A stretch of 64,000 nucleotides of DNA from positions 50,656,001 to 50,720,000 of the forward strand of contig NC_087436.1 of the NCBI RefSeq assembly GCF_036321535.1, written 5' to 3'. Position 1 is the stretch's first letter, and every line of letters begins with the position of its first letter. Positions 50,265 to 62,099 of this stretch are shown piece by piece. The position numbers and the translations under genes are program-made. This DNA comes from Camelus dromedarius. Taxonomy: Eukaryota. The notes beneath the pieces are model-generated. The model did no database searches. It worked only from the letters and a program-made list of their open reading frames with translations, and was not told the DNA's origin.

Positions 50265-51310
50265 TGTCAAAAGAATGATGGTAATTAAACAAGCAGTTAC
50301 AGTACTGGGGTGGGTGCTGTGATCAGGAGAGGGTGCTATAATAAGAATGCATACTGAAGGGAGCGTCTGCAAGAATGACTTCTTGACCTATGTAGAACTA
50401 GCTGGGCAAGAAGCAGGAGAGTGCAGTTGGGAGGCAGCATAAGGAATGTGTAATGCAGACGGGAGGCATGACAAGTTTGAAGAACTACAGTTGAAGTTTA
50501 ATACAGTTGAAGTTTAAAATGCCAGGTGAAGAATGAGATGTGCAGGGACAAGGTTATCCCTTATAACAGAGGGCTCTGTAAGCTGCATTTGAGGAGTCTG
50601 GATATTTTTCTTTGATGGAAAGCCACTGAAGAATATTAAGCGGAAACTTGCCACAATCACGCTACATTTTGGAAGATTACTCTGCGTTATGAAACTGCAA
50701 TGGGGAGGACCAAGGCTGGAAGTGGGGAAAACAGTTGGAAGGCCATTACAGTGTTTAGGGGAAAGGTGTTTATGGCCTGGACTGGGGTAATGATAATTTA
50801 TATGGAGAGAAGTGGACACAATTTTTAAGTACTTAGGAGCTTGTACTATCATGATTTAGTAACTCGGTGTCAGCGGGAAAGGAGAAGCGGGGAGAAGGAG
50901 TGACTCCTCAGTTTCTAATCTGAGCAACAAGGTAGATGGTAACTTCATTCTCTGAGTTGGGAAATTCTCTGAAGAAGGAATAGATTTGGTGGGGAAAGGT
51001 CTTGCGTTCGGTTGTGCGTATATTGAGCTTAAGATGCTTATAAAGGTGATCAATATTTAGATAAATACACTAGTTAGACTCTCAAGAGGGCTTCACTAGT
51101 CCAGGCTCATCAGCTTATTGGCCATAATTGGAGCCATTGGGAGTAAAATTAATTTCTTAAGAAATAGAGAGTGAGTAATAAAAAAAAAAGGGGGGGGCAT
51201 AAGGCAGAATCCTGAGGAACCTCAACATTTAAGGGACAGAAAGAGGAAAGGAAGCTTGTAAAGAAGGCGAAGGCCAACCAGAGAGGTAGAAGGAAGGTAG
51301 AGCAAGTGAC
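50265..51310 (-). mobile_element. L2 LINE fragment
   Basis: gatggaaagccactgaag...ggaggccattacagtgtttaggg...tcctgaggaacctcaacatttaaggg. Confidence 0.7.
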
Positions 51311-53345
51311 AGTTCAGCGAGTGAGAATTCAGAAGGGAAGATGACTTCCTGTTTGGGGTATACCTGGCAGGAAGCTGTTCTGGGAATAACCCTTAGGCAG
51401 TAGATATAATTTACAAAGAAGAGTTGCAGTGGGAAGTTATTCCAAGCAAATAAAAGAGAACAAATAATGCATAGGAGAGCAATTAACAATTTAGTTTGAC
51501 TGAAATGTAGGGTCAAGAGAATGTGGGAGAAAGCTGACAAGATGGTTTGATGCCGTGTTGGGGCAAACCTTAGATTCTGGATAAGTTGTTAGTAATTTTA
51601 TTCTGTAGGTGAGAAACGCCATTGTGTTTGGTGCTGAGGAAAAGATGAGAATATAAAATATGCTCTGAACCCTGGATACCTTATCATTTTATTGTGGAAA
51701 CAAGATCTAGGCACCTGAAAAGAATGAAAATTCAAGATAATATCTGATTAATGGGAACAAATACTAAATACAATAGGAATTTAAATAGTGGCAGAGTCCG
51801 TTTGAGTTGGAGTAGTAGTTTAACCCAGATTTGTATTGTCCTGATTAAATAGCAATGCCAGTTAGTCATTATCTTAAACAAACAAACAAACAAAAAACTC
51901 ATCTAGTTTGAATGCTCTTTATGAGGAATATTCTCAGTGGATATAACACTTAAATTCATCTGTTCGGAAAGACTTATACTGTAGATGTTTTTACTTGATG
52001 ATCTTTGATGTAAACTTAAAAAGATTTGTCTGAAAGGCAGTAGTTCCAAAGGTTCTAAAGCAATGCTTACTCAGAAACCCAGACATTGACGCATATGCTT
52101 TACCTACCATTCTTTTAACAAAAATATGTTAAATGGCTATCACATGTCAGTGATGTGTAGTGACTAAGGACGTGGACTACATGTTGAAACACACCTGAAC
52201 TCAGATCCCAGTTCTGCCACTCTCAATGGAAGGGAAAAAGTTGCAGTCTCCCTTAACAATAGTTAATATTTAACTCTGTATGCATTATGATTTTTTGAAG
52301 AAAGTTTCAGTTACTGTGTATCTAGTTGTTAATGCTGTCAATTTTAATTGGTATTTCTTAAATCTATATGGAGGAGAGATGAGGAATGATTTTAAATATT
52401 TAACTAAGTCACAAAGTGAATCATCCACATTTAGAAGACTAAGAATTGGCCATGAATATTTTGCTGAATGATATGCAGCATGTAGTCACTAGATGTCACT
52501 GTTGTTCAACATTGCTCCAAAAGTAACCCCAAAGTGCAGCATACACTACAACACACACCAGGGGAAAGACAAAAAGCTGTTTCTATTAAGTGATGTAATA
52601 TATACATACACGATACTTATATAGGATGTGAAGTTCCCAAGCAGCATGTATCAGTATTATCTCACCTTGGGTGTTTTTTTTTTAACAGTGGATCCATAAA
52701 GGAATAGAAGCATAGACTTAAAACTGATTAAGGCATTAGATCATCTCACATCCTCCCTCTCTACCCCACTTTATAGGTTTGGAATTGAGGGACAGGGAGG
52801 TGAAGTGACAAGAAATGTACTCAGTGTTATTTTGCAGATTAAAAGCAAAGAGCTTAGATTGCCCAACTCTTTGATGATACCAAACTGTGGCCATTATCAA
52901 TATGTACAATCAGAGAGACATTCTGATAAAATCAGGGGAAAACAGAACCTCTAAATCAATCAGAATTTTCTATAACTTTAAGAGCAAAGCTTAGCAATAT
53001 GATGATAGTACATACTTCTAATAAAAATGATCAATTTCACATCACAACTTTTGCTATGAACTGTACAAACATCTTACTTTATTCCCATAATAGCACAATA
53101 TATAGTATGTATGTACTTATACTCAGCCTCATTCGCAAAAGGATTTTAAGAAGCTTATTGAAATAAATAGAGCATATTTTTTTTAAATACTGAGGTGAAC
53201 AGAAAGGTAAGATACTGGAATAAAAATCACAAGAGTCTTCTTTTTGTTCATATATGTCCAAGATCATACAACCAGTAAATTTCTGATGTAAAGTCCTCAT
53301 TCTTTCCATTACGCCAGCTATCCAGACATGTAATGAAAGGACTCC

Positions 53346-53989
53346 TGTTACTGAACAAAACTGGGTCTGCTTACCTGACATGCAGTAAAGTCAATCTACT
53401 GACACCGGGTTGTGGTGAAGGAAAGTATAGAGTTTACTGCAGGGCACCAAGCAAGAAGAATGGGCAGCTAATACTCAAAAGACCCAAACTGCTTGCTGGC
53501 TTTCAGGGAAGGGTTTTTAAAGGCAGGGTGAGGGAAAGGGTCGATCGGTGTTTAATCAGCTCGTGTACAACCTTCTGATTGGTTGGGGGTGAGGTAACAG
53601 GGTGGTATTTCAGGAGTTAACATTGTCAGTCTTTTGGTTCCAACTGATCTGGGGTCTATGTGCCAGTGGTCAGCATGCAGTTAACTTCTTCCACCTGGTG
53701 GGGGTTTTAGTGTCCACACCACAACTCGAGGATATGGCTCAGAATATATCTATATATAGCCCTTGAGGAGGAACTAAGGATCCTTGACTTTGCTTTATGG
53801 CTAATGTATTATTTTGTCTTGCTTGACTGTTTTCCTGTTTCTGCATTTCCTCTCTTCTCTGATTAAATCTGCTCTTTGGAACTTAGGGAAGGCCTAGAAG
53901 GCTAAAGCTTTTCCGCAAACAAGAGATGGGGACATGGTGGGAGGTGGTTGGTCCCCCAGGAAGGCCCCGCAGGGTCCTGCCTGGTTTCA
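53346..53989 (-). mobile_element. ERV1-class solo LTR, 644 bp
   Basis: TG...CA termini with a perfect 4-bp TSD ctcc (53342-53345 / 53990-53993). Confidence 0.88.
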
Positions 53990-54879
53990 CTCCTAAAAGG
54001 ATACATTCACTGTAACCATTTGACACCTGGATTACCACAATTACTTCTGAATTACACAAGTAGGCTTTTACTTATCTCAAATTTATTTCAAGTAGTTGCA
54101 CAGAGATGTTAGGAAGATGTTTTTCTATCAAGAAACTGACTCCTAAAAGAAGAACTATTAGGAGAAAGATAAAAGTCATTATTTTAATTTATCTACATTA
54201 AATTACAAAATTTATATTAAGGAAATAGGCATTTTAAAAATTGGTCAGGTAAGAAAGAAAGAAGTGCCCAGGGGGAAGAGAGAAGTCCAAAGGAAAATAG
54301 AGATAAGGAGATATCTAGAGCAGAGAAGAAAGGAGACAGACACAATGTTAAAAAAAAAAAAAAAAAAAAAGAGGGAAAGGGGCAGTGGGGAGAGAGCTAA
54401 AGCCCATGTATTCTGCCCAATCTTCTTCTGATTACTTAAGTATTTGGTTTTTCCTTTTCAACTTCCCCCGTTAAAGTTATGCCAAAAATCTATCTTAGCC
54501 AGAGTCCTAGTTTTTAAAAACTTCCACTCTTTAAGTTTTTGTTCTATGGGAGCAGAACTTTTTTCTAAACTGTCCTGTTAATTTCTTAATTGTCTTTGCA
54601 GCATAATCATTAAGGATCTTGTTCATTTATAATTTGTTTCCTTTTTATGTGTTTGAAACACCTATTCTTGGTGTTAGAATCTCTTACCCTTCTATAATAA
54701 AGATGCCCTTCTTGTTAACCATTCAGAATATTGTTTTTGTTGTCATTTTGAGTATATGGTGTTTTTTTAATTCTCAATTCACTCAGTGTTCATCCCACAA
54801 ATATTTATTGAGTGCCTGCCATTTACTATGTAGATCAAGGGTAAAACCAGATATGGTCCCTGCTATCCTGAAGTGCACA

Positions 54880-56150
54880 GGCTTCCATTTTCATCCAAGA
54901 TGCAATAAGCCCACTACAAACTCTTTCCTACTGCTCACAACCCAAAACTGGTTAAAATGCAAAGAGCAATTACCTGAGGACTCAGAAAAATGAACAAAAG
55001 CAGGTGGATTGTGGAGGAGAGTCAAAACTACAAGGGTGAATGTCTCTTGCTCTTATGGCTTTGACCTGAAGGCAAGCCCCAGTAATGCAACCATGCAAGA
55101 ACCACACAGGAGGCCAAAAGTACAATAAGAAACCTATTTTTATGGCCTGAAGATTTGGGGAAATGGACCCTGTAGTCCGAAGTGAATATGAGGAACTGTT
55201 GTTGTTTTCCTTTTACGGCTTTTCCCTAAGGGCAGGCACTATTCATGGAATTATGGACAGCTAAAACTCAGAAAAAGCCCTGTCTTCTGACCAGAGAAAG
55301 GAGGAAAAGGAACCTTTAGAGATAATAGAATTGGGGGTGTATGGATTCAGGAGAGGAGAAAGCAAGGGAACGGGGTTCCTGAATTCTGTGTCTGAACCCA
55401 ACCAAGTTCTTGGATCACCTCCAGCTGTGCATGCATGAGACAGGCCCAAAGCAGCATATCAGTGGCTTTAAGAAGTGAGGTAAGATTTTTGAAAAACCCA
55501 AACCAAAAAACCACCACTGTGCAAGTCACAGACTAACCCCTGAGTGATTTCATGGGATGAACCAAAGGCAGCATAGCAAAGACTTTGGAAACAACTGAGA
55601 CTGGAACCGGTGCCCACAGGAGGTAAGAGAGAGCATGTGATCTACACTGACCGAGGTTGACTACCTGCTAAAACAAACAAAAAATGAATTAAATATTCCT
55701 CAAGGATTTTGGTAGGACCCAGAGTCTATGCAACAGAATGTCCAGGATATACTCCAGAAGTACTTGACGTATAAAGAACCGGAAAAGACAACCGAGAGAC
55801 GCCAACCCATAATACGGGAATTACCAAATGTGGGAATTACCAAAGATGTTAAAGCAGTCATGGTTCATGTGGTAAAGATAAGCATAGTTGAAATAAATGG
55901 AAAGATACTCATTCACAGCAGAAAAACAGAAACAGTAAAAAAAAAAAAAAGTAAGTAAAACTTTTTGAACTAAAAATTACAGTATCTAAAATAGAATTTC
56001 ACCAGATGGACTCAATAGCAGAATGGAAATAAATGAGGAAAGAATCAGTGAACTTGATGATAGATAAATAGAAATTGTTCAATTTAAAGAACAGAGTGGG
56101 GAAAAAAAATTGAAAAATAAAATGAACAGAGCCTCAAGGGCCTTTGGAAC
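54880..56150 (+). mobile_element. Old L1 5'UTR/ORF1 fragment
   Basis: gatggactcaatagcagaatgga...agaatcagtgaacttgatgatag...aaatgaacagagcctcaggg-like ORF1 motifs. Confidence 0.7.
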
Positions 56151-56443
56151 ACTGTTGTGGAGTCTGTAGCCTAATGAGGCAAATGCATTAAACAGTCACT
56201 CTAATGAGTAAATTAAAAACTGAGATAGATGCTCTGAAGAAAATAATCAAAGTTCTGTAATAACATATAAAGTCTGGACCTGACTTAGCGTAGGGGCAGA
56301 GGTGGTGTCATAAATATTTCTCTTGAGTATATGGACCTTGAACTGAGGGATAAAAAGGAATTAACCAAATGAAGGGGAGATTTATGGTGGAGAGTCTCAG
56401 TTGCAGGGAAAATCAAGAGTTAAGGCTCTGCAAAAGGAATCTG

Positions 56444-56822
56444 GGACATACAAATGGCCAATAGGAACATGAAAAAAATGCTCAATATCACTGTATCGCC
56501 TCACACTGGTCAGAATGGCCATTATTAAAAAGTCCACAAACGATAAATGCTGGAGAGTGTGAAGAAAAGGGAATCCTCCTACACTGTTTGGTGGGAATGC
56601 AATTTGGTGCAGCCACTATGGAAAACAGTATGGAGATTCCTTTAAAAACTGAAAATAGACTTACCATATGATCCAGCAATCCCACTCCTGGGCATATATC
56701 CAGAGAAAACTCCAATTCAAAAAGATACACACACCCCAATGTTCATAGCAGCATTATTAACAATAGCCAAGACATGGAAGCAACCTAAATGCCCATTGAC
56801 AGATGATTAGATAAAGAAGTTG

Positions 56823-56880
<58 letters not shown>

Positions 56881-57323
56881 CAATGGAATACTACTCAGCC
56901 ATAAAAAACAGCCATTTGCAGCAACATGGATGAACCTAGAGATTATCATACTAAGTGAAGTAAGTCAGACAGAGAAAAACAAATATATGATATTACTTAT
57001 ATGTAGAATCTTAAAAAATGATACAAATGAACTTATTTATAAAACAGAAACAGACTCGCACACATAGAAAACAAACTTATGCTTACCAAAGGGGAAAGGT
57101 AGGGGGAGGGATAAATTGTGAGTTTGGGATTAGAATATATAAACTACTATATAGAGAATAGATAAACAATAAGGTTATACTGTATAGCACATGGAACTAT
57201 ATTCAATAACTTGTAATAGCATATAATGAAAAAGAATATTGTATATGTGTAACTGAATCACTATGCTGTACACCGGAAACTAATACAACATTGTAAATCA
57301 ACTATACTTCAATTTAAACAAAA
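56444..57323 (+). mobile_element. 5'-truncated L1 (ORF2 end plus 3'UTR)
   Basis: PFAATWMNLEIIILSEVSQTEK peptide; ends aaatcaactatacttcaatttaaa. Confidence 0.93.
56825..56880. repeat. Compound microsatellite (GT)n(AT)n
   Basis: Read directly. Confidence 0.97.
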
Positions 57324-57454
57324 GATATTTAAGTGGCCAATAAATGTATTAGTCATGAAGAAAATGTAACTTAAATCCACAATGCAGTATTTCCTGAATA
57401 AAAGCAAAAAGACAGATAGATACCAGGGTTAACAAGGACTTGAATAATACTAAA

Positions 57455-57835
57455 CAGTATTTGGTTTAAATTTCAGCTATGCCACTTGCTAGCTGTGTGA
57501 CTTTGGGGAAATTACTTAACCTTCTTGGGTCTTAGTTCCAATATCTGTAAAATAAGGACAATAATTTATAGAGTAAATAATTCAAAAGTAAATAATTCAT
57601 GGAGTTGTGAGAATCGAAAGAGATGATTCATGTTAAGTGTTTAACATAGTCCAACTTGTGTCAGCTGTTTTATCATTTAATCCTCACAATAACCAATACA
57701 TTAAGCAATATTATATCATTATTTTACAGATAAATACATCGAGGACTAGGGAAATAAATCACTTCTTGCAGTTATTTAAAGATAAAGGGGAGAGTGAAAT
57801 ACATTTCTATCTCAGCTCCAAAGTTCTTGCTTTTG
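57455..57835. mobile_element. Two MIRs in opposite orientation
   Basis: gccacttgctagctgtgtgactttgggg (+), then tttaatcctcacaataacc...attttacagat (-). Confidence 0.75.
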
Positions 57836-59590
57836 GTTAGTCTACATACCACCTACCAATTCCACTTTTGGCAGATATGTAAAGAGTACTGAGTAATTGT
57901 CAGGCACAAATATTGCTTGACACAGTTTCAGAATTCTCTTGTAGCTGATAACCTGTATGTTTATTTTTCAGACTCCTTATCTAGGTTTTCAAGCTCTAAT
58001 GCACCATTTGCTCCTCTGGATCCCAAGTCCTGCTATCCTAATCATGACTTAGTTCCAGATCTTAAAATTTGCTGCCTGCTTTCTTGGTATCTCTACTTGT
58101 ATGATTTGTGATGTTATGTTTGCCTGCTCCTAGTCCATCTGCCTAGTTATGACTCACAGTTTCTCCTCATTCAGGTCACAGTTCATATGTCACCTTGATG
58201 ACTGTGACATCATGCTGGTTTATTTTCTTCAGTACTTAGTTGCAGTCTGAAAATACTGTTTATTGTCTTCCCCTTCCCCGCAGCAAGATTATAAGCTCCA
58301 TGTAACAGCAGAAACCTCTATTCCTGTTCCTGTTTTGCTGCTTTTATTTTCAGAATCCAGAAGAGTAGGCATTCAAAAATTATTGAGTCCATGAACTTTG
58401 TGCCCTGACCGCATGACTCGTGCACTGGAGCTCAAATTTTTTTAATCACACTAACCCTCAGCCTGCCCCTTCCAAACCTGACACAGCTTAGGTGATTCAC
58501 CAACATTCCTTATTCGGACACCTTACTAACACTTTGCTCCTGGCCTAACAGCTAACAACAGGGAGTCATTCTAATAATTTTGATGTTCTCTTTAATGAAA
58601 ACGGAATTTTACTTTAAAGGGACTTAGAGATCTATTTTTTTCATCAAATTTTAAAAATAAGTGTTATTTTCTGTTTTAATGTCATAAATTCAGTTATGAT
58701 TCCTTAAAGGATTTTATGCACTAATATTTTGATTCATTAAAGTGGGACAGTACATGTAAGCACTGAGCATGTGGTAGGTACTCAAATGTTAATGTTCCTT
58801 TCCATTAAAATTTTTCATTATTAAAATTGCTTGCCTTTTTAAAAAAGTATAGATTCTTGAAACGTGTTCTTGTCAAGTACTTAAAAATTAAAACTTGAAA
58901 TCTTTAATTTTGTCCTCAACAGTAGCTCCAGAATTGAAAGACATTTTTAAGGCAAAGATACTCTCTCTACACTCAAAGACAGCAAAGATCACAGAGAAGG
59001 TAGAAACAACAGTTATTTTAAAATAAAAGTTTCTGAAACTAACTCTTATCTTCATGTGGTTCTATTTCATTCTTTTTTTCTCTCTCTAGTACATAATTAC
59101 TCAAAATAAAACCTATTTTGCCTTGCTTAAATGTTAGACCTACAGACCTTTCAGCCTGTATCAGTAACTTACAGATGTAGGTTTTAATGTAGGTGATCAC
59201 ATTTCATTTTAAATTTTCTTGGAGTCTCTTATGCAGGAATTTACTGAAGATAGAATAAATCAATGATGGAAATTGTCTCAAACATACTAGTTCAGTGCAT
59301 GAAATAAAGAATTTTCTGATACATGCTTTTAAAATACAGTTCAAGATTATGAATTATTGAGAAGTATTCAATTTCTCTGTGTTAATAGTTTTAAAAACTT
59401 GTGCACATAACTTTGGTTAATAACTTTAAAATGAATATTTGGACTGTTTTGACTATAAAGATATCTGACTTGACTGTGATAAAATTTTGTGACAAAAATT
59501 ATTTAAAAATTAATCCCACTTAACCATGTTTGTTTTCAGATGGAGTTAATAGTTCTTTTTTTTCCTTTTAAATTTCTTTTAAACATTAGC

Positions 59591-59659
59591 ATGTACACCA
59601 CAGAACCAAATAATGAACATTTGGAGGATAAAAACATGCAATCATCTACAACTCCTCAG
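59591..59659 (+). CDS. SLC9B1: SLC9B1 / NHA1 coding exon 1: MYTTEPNNEHLEDKNMQSSTTPQ
   Basis: Acceptor cattag ending 59589, then C-ATG; donor CAG|gtaaaa; resembles the human NHA1 N-terminus (MHTTESKNEHLEDENFQTSTTPQ as recalled). Confidence 0.92.
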
Positions 59660-61343
59660 GTAAAAACTTTAAACTATACTGTAATATATGACATAAAAAC
59701 CAATCTGATCTTAAAATTTATTTGTAAAGTTTACTTAATAGGTTTTTTGTTTGTTTTTAGTTGGTTGAAAAATGAGAAGTGGTCATTTAAAAATAGCTAC
59801 TTTTAATAGGTCTTAAGGAATGAGTAAAAGGAATGAAAAGATAGGAAAGAGTGACTGTAGATTATTTTGGAGCTAAAGAGGGCAGATTTTAGGAATAATG
59901 GAAATTTGACTTATTATTTCTTGCCAGGTCCAGAATAAACTTAGTTGTTTAGAGTACAAGAGATAAAGAAAAATCTAAATTAAGTAAAATGTGCTGTACA
60001 TTTGAAGAGATCTATTTTTTTTTTGCTTATGTAAATAGTAAGTCATTAGAACTTTTGTTGGTCTAGTTTTACTAAGTAATAATTGCTCATAATTAGAAGT
60101 ATAAATTGTTTATTTATAATAGAGGTTTCTACAGTTCTTAAGGGCCAAAAAAGTCCTTTTTAAAAAGTATTTTAAATACCCCCCATTGATTCTAATTACT
60201 TTATCTGTAAAGACTTTATCCTACTCTTTGTACATTTATTATAAATTCTGAAACAATAAAACGGAAAGTAATATGGTTTTATTATATATAACCTTTCACC
60301 CACCCTAATCAAAACTCACCTTTGTGTCTTTACCTTGGACCATTTGTATAGTGACAGACTTTCCAAGAAAAGGTCTCTGAATCAGTACTCCAAAAGATTA
60401 ATCATGACCAGGTTTAAAGAACTTTGCTTTTAAAGAGCTGCATAATTTGTTTACATCAGCTGCTGTGTGCCTCTGTCTTCCTAGTCATTAAGTGCTTCCT
60501 CTTCCCTTAATCTAATCCATCCATGCTCTCTGGCCTTTGTCACCATTTCTTGTGGCAATGTGATGTTCTCTCTCCACTGCATGCAAAGTAGTATTGATGT
60601 ACTCAAAGGGCATACACACACACACACATCATGACAGCAAGGAAGTTTGAAGATCTCTATCCCAGAGTTAAGTGACCTATTTTGTTTTTTGATCTTTTGT
60701 CTGGTCTTGGTTTTTACTTTGGGAGAAGCCTTTGATTAGTCTCATAAACTAAACATATCTTTTTTTCCCCCTAAATCAGCAGTTTCATAATTAGACTAAC
60801 TACCACTGAAGCCTGGAAGGTTGAGGTATACCCATGAATCATCTGAATGTGTTATCTATGAACAGTGGTAGAAGAAGCGTGAACCTTCATTTCTGAAAGC
60901 TTAATCTGTTTTTCTCATTTTTCTTTCAGTTATGTAGTTTTTCAAATGAACTGAATCCAAGTAAAATTATATTTTACCTCCTTTCCAATTTAGTTGTATT
61001 TTAATTCCACAAAAGTTTTGTTGAATAATCTTTTGGAATTAGACTGAGGACGGGCAGTTTTATTTTGCCCACACTACAGGACTTATTCAGTACATATAAA
61101 TCATAAATGAAGACAGCAGGAACTCAGGTCTGTGAAAGGCCAAATCAAGGTGCCCTGCAAAATACACTGCTGTTACCTCCGCAGATACCTATTGATACAG
61201 AGCATGAATATGCTTTTCTGTGTGTGTTGTATGTTTTGTATCCATGTTCACAGTAATAGTATGAATTTAATTATGGTCATTTCTTGCATTCATAAAATTG
61301 TATGAAAGTATATTTCTTAACGGATTTTCTTGTTTTACTTCAG

Positions 61344-61479
61344 ATCCTCAAAGCTAGTGATAGTAAACCTGAAGAAACTCAGGAAACTATCTTGTCAAAA
61401 ACAGAGGGAACAAAACCACAGGTGGAAAAAAAGAGTTCTTGTCCTCCACAAGGAACACTGAATGAAACTATTACAAATG
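61344..61479 (+). CDS. SLC9B1: SLC9B1 coding exon 2: ILKASDSKPEETQETILSKTEGTKPQVEKKSSCPPQGTLNETITN (gene continues beyond window)
   Basis: cttcag| acceptor, ATG|gtatgt donor, phase 0 to phase 1; the CP.G.L...ITN ending parallels SLC9B2 coding exon 2. Confidence 0.9.
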
Positions 61480-62099
61480 GTATGTGAAATAAGAAATGTA
61501 AATGGATAGAAAATGAGATATCTACTTGATAAATCTTAAAGCACAAGCCAACAAAGCCACTGCATGATCTCTACCCTCCAGATGAGATGACTAGCCCTAT
61601 TACAAGTGGACAAAGGAGAAGTAGTTCCTTCAGTCTGTCAGTAATAATAATAATTGTTTAACAGATCTCTATTTTAATGTTTTTCATGACTTTTTGTTTT
61701 AAATTTTAGAAATTAGAGAATTGATACAAGATTTTTATTTAAAACCTACTTTTGACGTTCAATTTTAAGTTAGCTAGAAGGAACATTATATTTCTGGCAA
61801 TATTAAGATTCTTATTAAAAATAAGCTCCAAGTTTTAAAACAGCTGCTGCCTTAAAGAGTTGTATAAAACTTGCTTTCCCACTAAAATTTTAAAGCATCT
61901 CATTGTCACCAAGTATTTATAAGAGATTTTCCTTTTTTCCACCCTAGATTTCTGTGTGATTAAACCGAAGAGATAGGGGGAATGATTTTGACCTCCAGAA
62001 GTACAGAACTTATAGAGAACAAAAATTAGATTAAAATATGATGAAGGATTAGTAACTGAGTTTAACATTTTTTTCTTTGCTGCTTGCTAACTTTAAACT

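Noticed and set aside
50486..50517. 16-bp tandem duplication tacagttgaagtttaa
   Set aside because: Ordinary slippage duplication within an L2 relic
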